From Thermoplasmata archaeon (GTDB lineage Archaea; Thermoplasmatota; Thermoplasmata; Thermoplasmatales; ARK-15): DNA of 63,253 nucleotides. Where the stretch lies: positions 1 through 63,253 of the forward strand of contig JAVZSA010000002.1 of assembly GCA_038880255.1 (NCBI GenBank). Direction: 5' to 3'. Position 1 is the first letter of the stretch; each line of letters opens with the position of its first letter. Both the position numbers and the translations under genes were made by a program. The notes beneath the pieces are model-generated. The model was not told the origin of the DNA, did no database searches, and saw only the letters and a list, made by a program, of their open reading frames with translations. Below are positions 50,065 through 59,517 of this stretch, piece after piece.

Positions 50065-52124
50065 CTTATATGCCCTAGGGTAAAAGATCCCATAATTATT
50101 CCACTCTTAGATGGAGAAATTTCTATCCAGGATCTGCTCTGTGCCTCAGTAATTCCATTAACTTGTAAATATACCTTGCCCATTTCCAATTTGAATTCAA
50201 TTGTACCATCCATCAAATGTGAAACAAGTTGTATTGCATTCTCTTCGTGGAGTCCCTTTTCCAAAAGATATAATGAAACTGCCCTTTCTTTTTTTCTTTT
50301 AGTAGTAAATGGTTGCAAAAATCTTACAACAGTAGGTGCATCAAGAAATGTCAATATTGTTGAAAGTGAGAAAAATGCTAATCTATAATACTTATAATTT
50401 GATTTCAATTCAGAAACTATTTTGTCTATACCTTCAACTATGCCATTTATATCTGTCTGTGAATCTATATAAATAACATTTTTCCTATCAGATTTTTCAC
50501 CTATTGTCTTTGAATAAGCATCCAAATATTTAACGAGACCATTTTCCACATATGTATCCCATGTGGGAAGAACATATTTTACATCCTCTTCAAATATTTC
50601 TATTGTTTTATCTGTGAGGATTACCAGCGCAGGAATTCCTTTTTTTAAGCCTTCTGCAAGGAAAGAATAAATTAGTACCTCCTTACCTGTATAAGCAGGA
50701 CCATAAACTATTATGTTTGATCCAAGTGGAAATCCGCCATAAAGAAGATCGTCCAACCTTCTAGTTCCGGTTTTTACCTTCTGTTCTTTTATTTCTGAAA
50801 CAATCTCTTCCTGAGACATTGCAATTTCCTTTTCTATTATTCCTTTTGTTCTAGCATCTAATTCTTTTTCCTTTTCTCTCAAATATTTTTCCTTTTCCCT
50901 CAGTTGCTCTTCTTTTCTTTTTATTAATTCATTTAAATCCTCTATTTTATGTTCTTTTTCCAATTTTTTCAATTCCTCTATCTCAATTTTTTGCGATTCA
51001 AGTTCGCGCATCATTTGTTCTACCTTCTTCTCCCTAAATAATAGATCCTGCTCCCTTCTTGAAAATTCCTCTTCCTTGAATTTCAATTTTTCTTTAAGAT
51101 CTTTAATTTCCTTTTCTAGTATTTCTACCTGACTTTTTAAATTCTGATTTTCCATTTTAATTTTTTCAACATTTAATATTTCTTCTGTTTTATTTAAAAT
51201 ATCAGTATTGCCTGATGAAATTACTTTAATTAAAGAATTCAACCTATCTACTTCAGACTTAAGAATTTCTTTTTCAATTTCCAATTTTTTAATATTTTCA
51301 GCATCAATTGGTACTTGCTTTAGCTGAAATAATTTTTCCTTTTCCCCCAGCTCCTTTAATTGTTTTTCTAATAAAATTTCCTGTTCCTTAACTTTCATTT
51401 CCCTTTGAGATAGATCTTTAATATTTTCAGGCTGTGATGAAACCCAATCCTCCCATAACTCTTTTTGAATTTCTACCCTGTTTTGAAGACTCTCTATTTC
51501 AGCCCTTAATTCTGCATTTTCCATTAAAAGATTTTCAATTTTTTTATTAAGTTCATCATAATCTTTGGCATCTAAAAAATACTTAGCCTGATTTAATATT
51601 TCCTTAAACTTTTCATTTTCAATTTTTAATTCAAAAATTTGATTTTCCAATTCATTTATTTTTTCAGAATATTCAACTAATAATAAAATAAGATTTTCTT
51701 TATTTTTTATATCGTAAATAAAATTCAAGCGATCCAGTATGTTTTTAGTTACAAGCTTAATATTTTCCTTTAAAATCTTTAAATCCTCATAACTTTTTTT
51801 AATTTCTTCACTTTTTTCTTCTATTTCTTTCTTCTTCTCAAGTAACTCCTCCTTTAATTCAACTATTTTGGCATTTTCCAAATTACCTGTCTCAAGTTCA
51901 ATCTCTTTTATTCTTTCCTCTTCGCCCTTCAACCACTTTTCTAATCCATTAATCTCTTCAAATATATTTTCATAATTTTTAGGTTCATTTTCTCCTTTTA
52001 AAGATTCAATAATAAATTCTAAAAGGAGTGAATTGTATTCCTCTTTACTATACTTTTTACCACATTTCTTACATTGAAGTGTATTTTCGTCTATTTCGCC
52101 CCCACATTGATTACATTTTACCAT
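50061..52124 (-). CDS. zinc-ribbon / long coiled-coil / KaiC(RecA)-like domain protein with degenerate Walker A
   Basis: 687 aa. CNQCGG..CKKCG at the N-terminus, about 400 aa of Glu/Lys heptad-rich sequence, then DDLLYGGFPLGSNIIVYGPAYTGKEVLIYSFLAEGL (KaiC/RecA-like, but GKE rather than GKT/S). Confidence 0.6.
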   Translation of the reverse strand: MVKCNQCGGEIDENTLQCKKCGKKYSKEEYNSLLLEFIIESLKGENEPKNYENIFEEINGLEKWLKGEEERIKEIELETGNLENAKIVELKEELLEKKKEIEEKSEEIKKSYEDLKILKENIKLVTKNILDRLNFIYDIKNKENLILLLVEYSEKINELENQIFELKIENEKFKEILNQAKYFLDAKDYDELNKKIENLLMENAELRAEIESLQNRVEIQKELWEDWVSSQPENIKDLSQREMKVKEQEILLEKQLKELGEKEKLFQLKQVPIDAENIKKLEIEKEILKSEVDRLNSLIKVISSGNTDILNKTEEILNVEKIKMENQNLKSQVEILEKEIKDLKEKLKFKEEEFSRREQDLLFREKKVEQMMRELESQKIEIEELKKLEKEHKIEDLNELIKRKEEQLREKEKYLREKEKELDARTKGIIEKEIAMSQEEIVSEIKEQKVKTGTRRLDDLLYGGFPLGSNIIVYGPAYTGKEVLIYSFLAEGLKKGIPALVILTDKTIEIFEEDVKYVLPTWDTYVENGLVKYLDAYSKTIGEKSDRKNVIYIDSQTDINGIVEGIDKIVSELKSNYKYYRLAFFSLSTILTFLDAPTVVRFLQPFTTKRKKERAVSLYLLEKGLHEENAIQLVSHLMDGTIEFKLEMGKVYLQVNGITEAQSRSWIEISPSKSGIIMGSFTLGHIR

Positions 52125-52126
52125 AT

Positions 52127-52342
52127 TTATTTAGAAGCTATCCTTAAAATATTATTTCCTCTAACTATAACTACACCCAATTTTCTTACAGTGTCATTTA
52201 TCTTCTCCTCTGTATCATCTATAATGAGATTCATATACTCATCAAAACCGATCAACGTTCCTTCTAAAATCCTACTATCCTTCATTAACATTGAAATCCT
52301 TTTATTCATAAACTCTTCAATTACTTTAATTGGCATTGCCAT
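52127..52342 (-). CDS. Sm-like archaeal protein (SmAP/LSm)
   Basis: 71 aa. Sm1 LKDSRILEGTLIGFDEYMNLIIDD and Sm2 VVIVRGNNI. GGTGA lies upstream of the ATG. Confidence 0.9.
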   Translation of the reverse strand: MAMPIKVIEEFMNKRISMLMKDSRILEGTLIGFDEYMNLIIDDTEEKINDTVRKLGVVIVRGNNILRIASK

Positions 52343-52351
52343 TAAATCACC

Positions 52352-52507
52352 TCAATTGTTTGGATATGGCCCCTTATCATCCACTTCATCATCATCGTTA
52401 AAAACCACTTGTACCAATTCGCGCATAAGAGATTTAAGTTCATCTACTTCTTTTCTAAGTTTTTTTACTTCATTATCCAATTTTTCTAATTCATTATTTT
52501 TCCTCAT
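52352..52507 (-). CDS. hypothetical small coiled-coil/acidic protein (51 aa)
   Basis: Below the track cutoff. My translation is MRKNNELEKLDNEVKKLRKEVDELKSLMRELVQVVFNDDDEVDDKGPYPNN. Fills the gap between csl4 and the Sm gene on the same strand. Confidence 0.35.
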   Translation of the reverse strand: MRKNNELEKLDNEVKKLRKEVDELKSLMRELVQVVFNDDDEVDDKGPYPNN

Positions 52508-52518
52508 AAATTTTCCTC

Positions 52519-53097
52519 TCATAATGGTTTATTTTTTACTTTTATTTTAATATTTCCATAATCAACTGCAATTTTTCTAGTCTCATTTCTACCACAATAC
52601 TCACAGTATAAAACATTGTCCTTCCTTTTAAGGGGTTTCCTACATTTCATACAGAGTGCCCTCACAACACCTAGATTTGGTTCAGATGTGGTGAGTTGTA
52701 GGGATGGTTTAGATTTAATTACTTTTGCCCTTACAATATCGCCAATCCTAAACATTTTGCCTATTTCATCAACATACTTATCCGATACTTTAGAAATATG
52801 TATAATACCATCCTGTCTGCCCCCAACAATTTCTCTTTCCATACCTTCTATCCCTACCACCGTGACTATTACAAACTCGTTATAAAGTTCCTGTACTATT
52901 CCATAAACAATTTCACCAATTTTTAAAATTGGCAATTCCTGAATTGGTCTCACATTTATTGTCATATGTTTTTGATTAATTTCCACTTTACCAAGAACAC
53001 TTGAATATATTTTTCCTTCCATTTCTAAGACATTAGTTCCTGGAACATATTCTTCTATTGTACCAAGAAATTCTCCTGGAGATACTATTTTATCCAT
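52519..53097 (-). CDS. csl4: exosome complex RNA-binding protein Csl4
   Basis: 192 aa. N-terminal domain, S1 domain (GIIHISKVSDKYVDEIGKMFRIGDIVRAKVI), C-terminal Zn ribbon CMKC..CEYCG. Confidence 0.85.
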   Translation of the reverse strand: MDKIVSPGEFLGTIEEYVPGTNVLEMEGKIYSSVLGKVEINQKHMTINVRPIQELPILKIGEIVYGIVQELYNEFVIVTVVGIEGMEREIVGGRQDGIIHISKVSDKYVDEIGKMFRIGDIVRAKVIKSKPSLQLTTSEPNLGVVRALCMKCRKPLKRKDNVLYCEYCGRNETRKIAVDYGNIKIKVKNKPL

Positions 53098-53683
53098 ATT
53101 TTTTCACCTTTATTTTTATTAATTTTGCATCAATTTCTTTTATATTCATTTCATGAAATTTAAAACTATAAGGAATTTTAAATTTATAATCTTTTTCCAA
53201 AACTATCTCTCCCTTATTTTTGATAAATTTTTTAATATATTTTATTGCTTCTTTGTGATGTAATGTATAGATTGTATTTGAAATTTCTAGAGCTTTCATA
53301 ATAAAATATCTATCTGCCCCAGGTAACTGATAACCAAATGGTGGATTCATTAAAACTGTGTCTACTTTTATATTAAAATCCATTACATTTATATTGTGAA
53401 ACTTTACATTCATCTCTTTAAGGTTTCTTTTAGCTATATTTATTACATCTTCATCAATCTCTACACAATGCACTTCTTTGGCACCAATAAGATAAGCCCC
53501 TAATGAAAAAGATCCATTTCCACATCCAAGATCAGCTACAACTTTGCCTTTTATATCATCAATTGCAATAAAAATTATATCGGCTACAATATTTGCTGGA
53601 GTTTCATACTGTTCTAGTAATGGATTCTTTTTTTCAATCTTTTCCAAAGATTCTATCTTTAATTCAAGTTCTTTTTTGTCCAT
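53090..53683 (-). CDS. METTL5-like (COG2263-type) RNA N6-adenine methyltransferase
   Basis: 197 aa. LEQYETPANI, motif I VADLGCGNGSF, motif IV VLMNPPFG. The classic neighbour of csl4 in archaea. Confidence 0.75.
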   Translation of the reverse strand: MDKKELELKIESLEKIEKKNPLLEQYETPANIVADIIFIAIDDIKGKVVADLGCGNGSFSLGAYLIGAKEVHCVEIDEDVINIAKRNLKEMNVKFHNINVMDFNIKVDTVLMNPPFGYQLPGADRYFIMKALEISNTIYTLHHKEAIKYIKKFIKNKGEIVLEKDYKFKIPYSFKFHEMNIKEIDAKLIKIKVKKYG

Positions 53684-53685
53684 TC

Positions 53686-53970
53686 TTATTCTCTAATTAT
53701 TCCACTATCAAAAATTTTTATAATTTTTTGGGCCATAGATATTGACTCTTTTTTTGAATAACCTTTTTCCATAAATATATCAACAATGTTCTTATATGCT
53801 CGCTGCCATTTCCAAGTAGACCTTACATAATATGTTTTTATTAAAACCTCTATTACATCATTGCAAATTTCCAGATTATAATTTTCTTTCAATCTTTCTT
53901 TCCAGATTTTATAAATAAATCCTGGGATCACTATTGGTTCAATATAACTTTCTTCAAGTAATTCATTCAC
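53686..53970 (-). CDS. hypothetical protein
   Basis: 94 aa, no motif recognised. First gene of the methylase-csl4-Sm operon. Confidence 0.4.
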   Translation of the reverse strand: MNELLEESYIEPIVIPGFIYKIWKERLKENYNLEICNDVIEVLIKTYYVRSTWKWQRAYKNIVDIFMEKGYSKKESISMAQKIIKIFDSGIIRE

Positions 53971-54096
53971 AAAACTTTTATTTTCTCCATTTATAAAAAT
54001 TTTTCTTTAACAAAATATTATATCAGGTTAATTATTTATATCACTTAGCTTGAAAAATTTTTAATATGATTATACAATTAGGAATCGGTGCTAAAA

Positions 54097-54654
54097 ATGC
54101 TTGAAATTAGATTCCACGGAAGAGGTGGTCAAGGTGCTGTAATTGCCTCAGAGATTCTTGCCACTGCAGCTTTTTATGAAGGAAAACATGTTTCTTCATT
54201 TCCATACTTTGGTGTGGAAAGAAGAGGAGCACCAGTAACTGCATTTACAAGAATAGACACAAAGCCAATTAGAGTAAAGTCACAGATATACAATCCTGAT
54301 CATGTAATAGTCTTAGATCATTCACTGGTAAATACTGTAAATGTTACAGCAGGATTAAAAAATGATGGATTAATACTCATTAATACAGTTAAAAATCCTG
54401 AAGATTTTAAGTTTAATATAAAGACTGTAGCTACTGTAAATGCCTCTGAAATAGCATTAAAACATAGTTTGGGATCGCATTCTGCTCCAATAGTAAATAC
54501 TTCAATTCTTGGTGCTTATGCCGCTGTTAGTGGTGTTATTTCTTTAGATTCGCTTAAGAAGGCAATAAATGAAAATGTCTCAAGAATGGTTGAAGAAAAT
54601 TTTGCCTCAGCAGAAGAGGCATATAAATCTGTGAAGGTGATAAGAAATGAATGA
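54097..54654 (+). CDS. 2-oxoacid:ferredoxin oxidoreductase gamma subunit (second cluster; POR/VOR-type)
   Basis: [35 protein letters not shown] 54097 is preceded by GGTG. The track ORF begins at GTG 54088. Confidence 0.85.
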   Translation: MLEIRFHGRGGQGAVIASEILATAAFYEGKHVSSFPYFGVERRGAPVTAFTRIDTKPIRVKSQIYNPDHVIVLDHSLVNTVNVTAGLKNDGLILINTVKNPEDFKFNIKTVATVNASEIALKHSLGSHSAPIVNTSILGAYAAVSGVISLDSLKKAINENVSRMVEENFASAEEAYKSVKVIRNE

Positions 54655-54952
54655 TTTTCCTACACCAATAGCTACAGTGCCTAGTACTAATAATAAAACA
54701 GGTGGATGGAGGACATTTAAACCTGTTATACTTTATGATAAATGCATAAGATGCATGATATGTTGGAAATTTTGTCCTGAACCAGCTATTAAAATTGTAG
54801 AGAATAATAAATATCCTGCAAAAAATCAAGCAATATCAAAACTTGATGCCCCAGAAATCGATTATGACTATTGTAAGGGATGTGGAATATGTGCAAATGA
54901 GTGTCCTGCAAAATGTATTGATATGGTATTTGAGGAAAAATTGGAGGAATGA
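54647..54952 (+). CDS. 2-oxoacid:ferredoxin oxidoreductase delta subunit (second cluster)
   Basis: 101 aa. [33 protein letters not shown]. Confidence 0.9.
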   Translation: MNDFPTPIATVPSTNNKTGGWRTFKPVILYDKCIRCMICWKFCPEPAIKIVENNKYPAKNQAISKLDAPEIDYDYCKGCGICANECPAKCIDMVFEEKLEE

Positions 54953-54958
54953 GTTCAT

Positions 54959-56137
54959 ATGATGAAAATGCTGACAGGAAATTATTCATCTGCATGGGGG
55001 GCAAAACTTGCTAGAGCACAGGTAGTGGCTGCATACCCAATTACACCTCAAACTACTATTGTTGAAAAGATTGCAGAATTTATTGCTAACGGTGAATTTG
55101 AAGGAAAATATATAAGAGTGGAAAGTGAGCATTCTGCAATGGCTGCCTGTATAGCTGCTGAAAATACTGGAGTTAGAACATTTACAGCAACTTCTTCTCA
55201 TGGTTTGGCACTCATGCATGAAATGTTACATTGGGCAGCTGGTGCAAGATTACCTATTGTAATGAGTGTAGTTAATAGGGCCTTAGGCCCGCCTTGGTCA
55301 ATATGGAGTGATCAACAAGACACAATTTCTCAAAGAGACACTGGTTGGATACAAATTTATACTGAAAATAATCAGGAAGTTCTTGATAGTATATTAATGG
55401 CGTACAGAATTTCAGAAAATGAGAATGTTCTTTTACCATCAATGGTAGTTGAAGATGCATTTATACTCTCACATACAATGGAACCTGTAGATATACCAGA
55501 TCAAGATATTGTTGATAAATTCCTTCCAAAGTATGAACCAAAATATAAACTGGACCCAAAGATGCCCGTAGGGTTTGGATCATTAGTGATGCCAGAAGGC
55601 CCATTCATGGAATACAAGCGTAAGGGGGAGGAGGCTATGAAAAATGCATTGAAAATAATTGATGATGTTGATATATTATTTAAAGAAACATTTGGAAGGA
55701 GCTATGGTGGAACAATTGAAGAATATAAATTGGAAGATGCGGAATATGTTCTTGTCATAATGGGAAGTGTTGCTTCAACTGCAAAGGAAGTGGTAGACAA
55801 ACTTAGACTGGAGGGAAAAAAGGTAGGTTTATTACGGGTTAGATCATTTAGACCATTCCCCTACGATAAATTGAAGAATTTACTTAGGAATAGGAAATCA
55901 ATTGGAGTTTTTGATAGAAGCTATACATTTGGTTATGGAGCTGCGCTTTTCACAGAGGTAAGAAGTGCACTTTACGGATTTTCTACACCTGTAAAAGGTT
56001 ATATAGGCGGTCTAGGTGGAAGGGATATAACTGAAAATATTATAGAAAAGATTTTCTTGGATTTGATTAAGATTGGTGAATCTGGTATTGATATGGATTA
56101 TGATTGGGTTGGGTTGATTGGAGATAAGAGGTGGTAA
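54959..56137 (+). CDS. 2-oxoacid:ferredoxin oxidoreductase alpha subunit (second cluster)
   Basis: 392 aa. Collinear with the alpha subunit at 128..1327 (AYPITPQT, VESEHSA, TATSSHGLALMHE, WSDQQD). Confidence 0.9.
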   Translation: MMKMLTGNYSSAWGAKLARAQVVAAYPITPQTTIVEKIAEFIANGEFEGKYIRVESEHSAMAACIAAENTGVRTFTATSSHGLALMHEMLHWAAGARLPIVMSVVNRALGPPWSIWSDQQDTISQRDTGWIQIYTENNQEVLDSILMAYRISENENVLLPSMVVEDAFILSHTMEPVDIPDQDIVDKFLPKYEPKYKLDPKMPVGFGSLVMPEGPFMEYKRKGEEAMKNALKIIDDVDILFKETFGRSYGGTIEEYKLEDAEYVLVIMGSVASTAKEVVDKLRLEGKKVGLLRVRSFRPFPYDKLKNLLRNRKSIGVFDRSYTFGYGAALFTEVRSALYGFSTPVKGYIGGLGGRDITENIIEKIFLDLIKIGESGIDMDYDWVGLIGDKRW

Positions 56138-57048
56138 GTTTGAAAAACTTAACAATTCCTGAAGAAGAATTTATGCTTCCTGGGCATACTGCTTGCCTAG
56201 GGTGTGGTGCTACACTTGCAATGAGGTATACTTTGAAGGCCCTGGGTAAGAATACAATAGTTACGATTCCCGCATGCTGTTGGGCTGTAATTCCGGGAGT
56301 ATTTCCTTCTAGAACATTGGAAGTACCATTATTATATACTGCCTTTGAAGTTACTGGGGCTGCTGTTTCCGGTATAAGAGAAGCTCTTGATGTACAGGGA
56401 ATTTCAGATGTAAATGTTGTGGGATTTGCAGGTGATGGAGGTACTGCAGATATAGGAATTCAATCATTGAGTGGTGCTGTTGAAAGAGGGGAGGACATAT
56501 TTTACATAATGTATGATAATGAGGCGTATATGAATACTGGAATCCAGAGATCATCATCAACACCTAAGGGCGCATGGACCACCACTACACAGGTAGGAAA
56601 AATTAGGGATTGGAAAAAAGAGAAGAAAAAAAATATGGTGGAAATAATGGCGGCACACGGAATACCTTATACGGCCACAGCTTCCATAGCATTTCCTGAA
56701 GATTACATAAAAAAACTTGAAAAGGGAAAGAAAATAAAGGGTCCTAAATTTTATCACGTTTTTTCCACATGTCCTACTGGCTGGCTTGTATCACCAAATA
56801 AAAGCGTTGAAGTTGCAAGATTAGCAGTGGAATCAAAAATTTTTCCTCTCTATGAAGTTGAAAATGGAGTTTATAATATTACATATTATCCCAAAAAAGA
56901 TGTAAAAATAAAGGATTATTTTTCACTTCAAGGAAGGTTCAGACATTTAACAGACGATGAAATCAATGAAATACAAAATGAAGTTGATGAAAGTTGGAGA
57001 ATTTTAGTTGAAAAGGAAAAATGGTCAAAATCTTTAATGAAGGTGTAA
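56131..57048 (+). CDS. 2-oxoacid:ferredoxin oxidoreductase beta subunit (second cluster)
   Basis: 305 aa. GHTACLGCGA, GFAGDGGTADIG (TPP motif), YDNEAYMNTG. Confidence 0.9.
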   Translation: MVSLKNLTIPEEEFMLPGHTACLGCGATLAMRYTLKALGKNTIVTIPACCWAVIPGVFPSRTLEVPLLYTAFEVTGAAVSGIREALDVQGISDVNVVGFAGDGGTADIGIQSLSGAVERGEDIFYIMYDNEAYMNTGIQRSSSTPKGAWTTTTQVGKIRDWKKEKKKNMVEIMAAHGIPYTATASIAFPEDYIKKLEKGKKIKGPKFYHVFSTCPTGWLVSPNKSVEVARLAVESKIFPLYEVENGVYNITYYPKKDVKIKDYFSLQGRFRHLTDDEINEIQNEVDESWRILVEKEKWSKSLMKV

Positions 57049-57052
57049 TGAA

Positions 57053-58918
57053 ATGAGTGTTTATGATGTCCTTTTAAAGGATGAGGGGAAATATTTTCTT
57101 TTAGGAAATGAGGCAATTGTTAGAGGTATGATTGAGGCAGGTGTAGGATTTGCTGCTACCTATCCAGGAACACCGTCAAGTGAAGTGGGGGACGTTCTTT
57201 CAAAAATTGCAAAACAAGCCAACATTTATTTTGAGTACTCTACAAATGAAATCGTGGCATTGGAAACTGTAGCTGCTGCAGCTGCTTCTGGAGTTAGGGC
57301 ATTTACTTTTATGAAACATGTCGGTGTTAATGTGGCAGCTGATGCATTAATGAGTGTTTCATATACAGGAACAAATTCTGGCCTTGTTATTATGTCTGGA
57401 GACGATCCTTCAATGTTTTCTTCACAAAATGAACAGGATAATAGACATTATGCAGAAATTTCATATATGCCATTAATTGAACCTTCCAATCCACAGGAGG
57501 CAAAGGATTTTCTTATTTATTCATTTGATCTTTCAGAAAAATTTGGAACACCGGTTCTATTTAGAACAACAACTAGAATTAGTCATTTAAGGGGATTAGT
57601 AAACTATGGAAAAAAAGCAAAAATAAACTCTAAAGGTCATTTTCAAAAAAATTTTGAAAGATTTACACTTCTCCCATCTAATGCCTATAAACAAAAGGAT
57701 CTTTTATTAAAAAGATACAATCAATTAAGGGAGGAATCAGAAATTTCACCATTAAACAGGGAGGAAATAAAGGGCACTGAAATTGGGATTATTACTTCAG
57801 GAGCTGCATATAATTCAGTTAAAGATGCAATTATTGAATTAAATCAAGAATTTGATATATTAAAGCTAGGATTTACGTTTCCCTTACCTGAAAAAAAGAT
57901 TGCTAAATTTTTGAATTCTCATAAAAAGATAATAATATTTGAGGAACTTGATCCTTTCCTTGAATCAAAGGTGAGAATGATTGCACAATTTTACGGCATA
58001 AAAAATGAAATTTATGGAAAACTTGATGGTTTTGTACAATGGAATTATGAATTTAATCCTGATAATGTAATGGATTCATTTGCTAAATTACTTAATATAC
58101 AAATAAAAAGAAATGATGTTTATGGTGAAATAAAATTACCTCAAAGACCTCCTGTTCTTTGTCCTGGCTGTCCTCACAGAGCTACATTTTATGCTTTAAA
58201 ACTTGTTGTAAAACAGTTAAGACTAAAGGATCCAATATTTCCAAATGACATTGGATGTTATAGTCTTGGATATCAAAAACCATACCAAATGTCTGATTAT
58301 CTTCTTTGCATGGGTTCATCCGTTGGATCAGGATGTGGATTTTCCCAGGCAACAGATCAACCTGTTATTGCATTTATTGGAGATTCAACATTTTTCCATG
58401 CAGGTATACCAGGTTTGATTAATGCTGTGCATAACGGTCATAGATTAGTTTTATTAATCCTTGATAATAGAACAACAGCAATGACTGGCCATCAACCAAA
58501 CCCTGGTTTACCATTTAATGCCTATAGGGAACCTGCAAAGGAAATTTCTATAGAAGAAATTGTAAAGGGAATAGGGGTAAACTATGTAAAAACGGTGGAT
58601 CCATACGATTTAAAAGAAACGATGATTGCAATAAGGGAGGCTGTAAATACAAATGGTGTATCTGTAATAATTGCAAAAAGAGAATGTGCATTGCTCAGAG
58701 ATGATAGAATGAGAAAAAATAATACCTGGGTAACATATACAATAAATCAGGAAAAATGCACAAAATGTATGAATTGTGTTAAAAATTTCACTTGCCCTGC
58801 AATATATGTTGATAAGGATGGTAGTGTTAAAATAGATCCAGTGTTATGTGATGGATGCGGTGTTTGTTCATCATCCCTTGTTTGTGCTTTTCATGCAATT
58901 GAAAAGGTGGAACCATGA
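57053..58918 (+). CDS. iorA: indolepyruvate:ferredoxin oxidoreductase alpha subunit
   Basis: 621 aa. GNEAIVRG, YPGTPSSE, CPGCPHR, GDSTFFHAG, C-terminal CTKCMNC...CDGCGVC ferredoxin module. Confidence 0.9.
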   Translation: MSVYDVLLKDEGKYFLLGNEAIVRGMIEAGVGFAATYPGTPSSEVGDVLSKIAKQANIYFEYSTNEIVALETVAAAAASGVRAFTFMKHVGVNVAADALMSVSYTGTNSGLVIMSGDDPSMFSSQNEQDNRHYAEISYMPLIEPSNPQEAKDFLIYSFDLSEKFGTPVLFRTTTRISHLRGLVNYGKKAKINSKGHFQKNFERFTLLPSNAYKQKDLLLKRYNQLREESEISPLNREEIKGTEIGIITSGAAYNSVKDAIIELNQEFDILKLGFTFPLPEKKIAKFLNSHKKIIIFEELDPFLESKVRMIAQFYGIKNEIYGKLDGFVQWNYEFNPDNVMDSFAKLLNIQIKRNDVYGEIKLPQRPPVLCPGCPHRATFYALKLVVKQLRLKDPIFPNDIGCYSLGYQKPYQMSDYLLCMGSSVGSGCGFSQATDQPVIAFIGDSTFFHAGIPGLINAVHNGHRLVLLILDNRTTAMTGHQPNPGLPFNAYREPAKEISIEEIVKGIGVNYVKTVDPYDLKETMIAIREAVNTNGVSVIIAKRECALLRDDRMRKNNTWVTYTINQEKCTKCMNCVKNFTCPAIYVDKDGSVKIDPVLCDGCGVCSSSLVCAFHAIEKVEP

Positions 58919-59517
58919 AAAATATTAATATTTCACTTGTTGGTGTTGGAGGTCAGGGGGTAGTTTCCACAGGCATTATACTCGGGAATACAATTTCCAA
59001 AAAAGGGATAAATGTTGTAATGTCTGAAATACATGGAATGGCCCAACGTGGTGGTATAGTAACAGTTGATATGAGAATTGGTGATGTTTATGGGCCAATA
59101 ATACCAAAGGGAAAACTAGATTTAATAATTGGCTTTGAGGCTATGGAAACTCTAAGAGCTTTAAAAAGGGCAACAAATGCAACTAAAATAATAATGAATA
59201 TGGAAAAAATAATTCCTTTTACAGTGAATATAGGTGATGAAAAATATCCTGATATTGAAGAAATTATAAAAAATGTGAATATTAAAAATATTGTGGGTAT
59301 TGATGCGATTTCAATTGCTAAAAAAAATGGAAATTTACAATCTGTTAATATGGTACTTCTAGGTGCCGCATTCGCCACAGATCTTTTACCAATTGAGCAA
59401 ATGGATATAGAAGAATCAATAAAAACTCAATTTCCAAAATATTCTTGGGAATCAAATATAAACTCATTTAGGGATGGAATGGATCAATATAGGATACTTA
59501 CAAAAGCATATCTATAA
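58915..59517 (+). CDS. iorB: indolepyruvate:ferredoxin oxidoreductase beta subunit
   Basis: 200 aa. VGVGGQGVVS, SEIHGMAQRGG. ATGA overlap with iorA. Confidence 0.9.
   Translation: MKNINISLVGVGGQGVVSTGIILGNTISKKGINVVMSEIHGMAQRGGIVTVDMRIGDVYGPIIPKGKLDLIIGFEAMETLRALKRATNATKIIMNMEKIIPFTVNIGDEKYPDIEEIIKNVNIKNIVGIDAISIAKKNGNLQSVNMVLLGAAFATDLLPIEQMDIEESIKTQFPKYSWESNINSFRDGMDQYRILTKAYL

Noticed and set aside
54097-57048. Assigning the second oxidoreductase cluster specifically as VOR (2-ketoisovalerate) or KOR
   Set aside because: The subunit order and motifs only support the four-subunit POR/VOR-type family. Substrate class cannot be decided without phylogeny.
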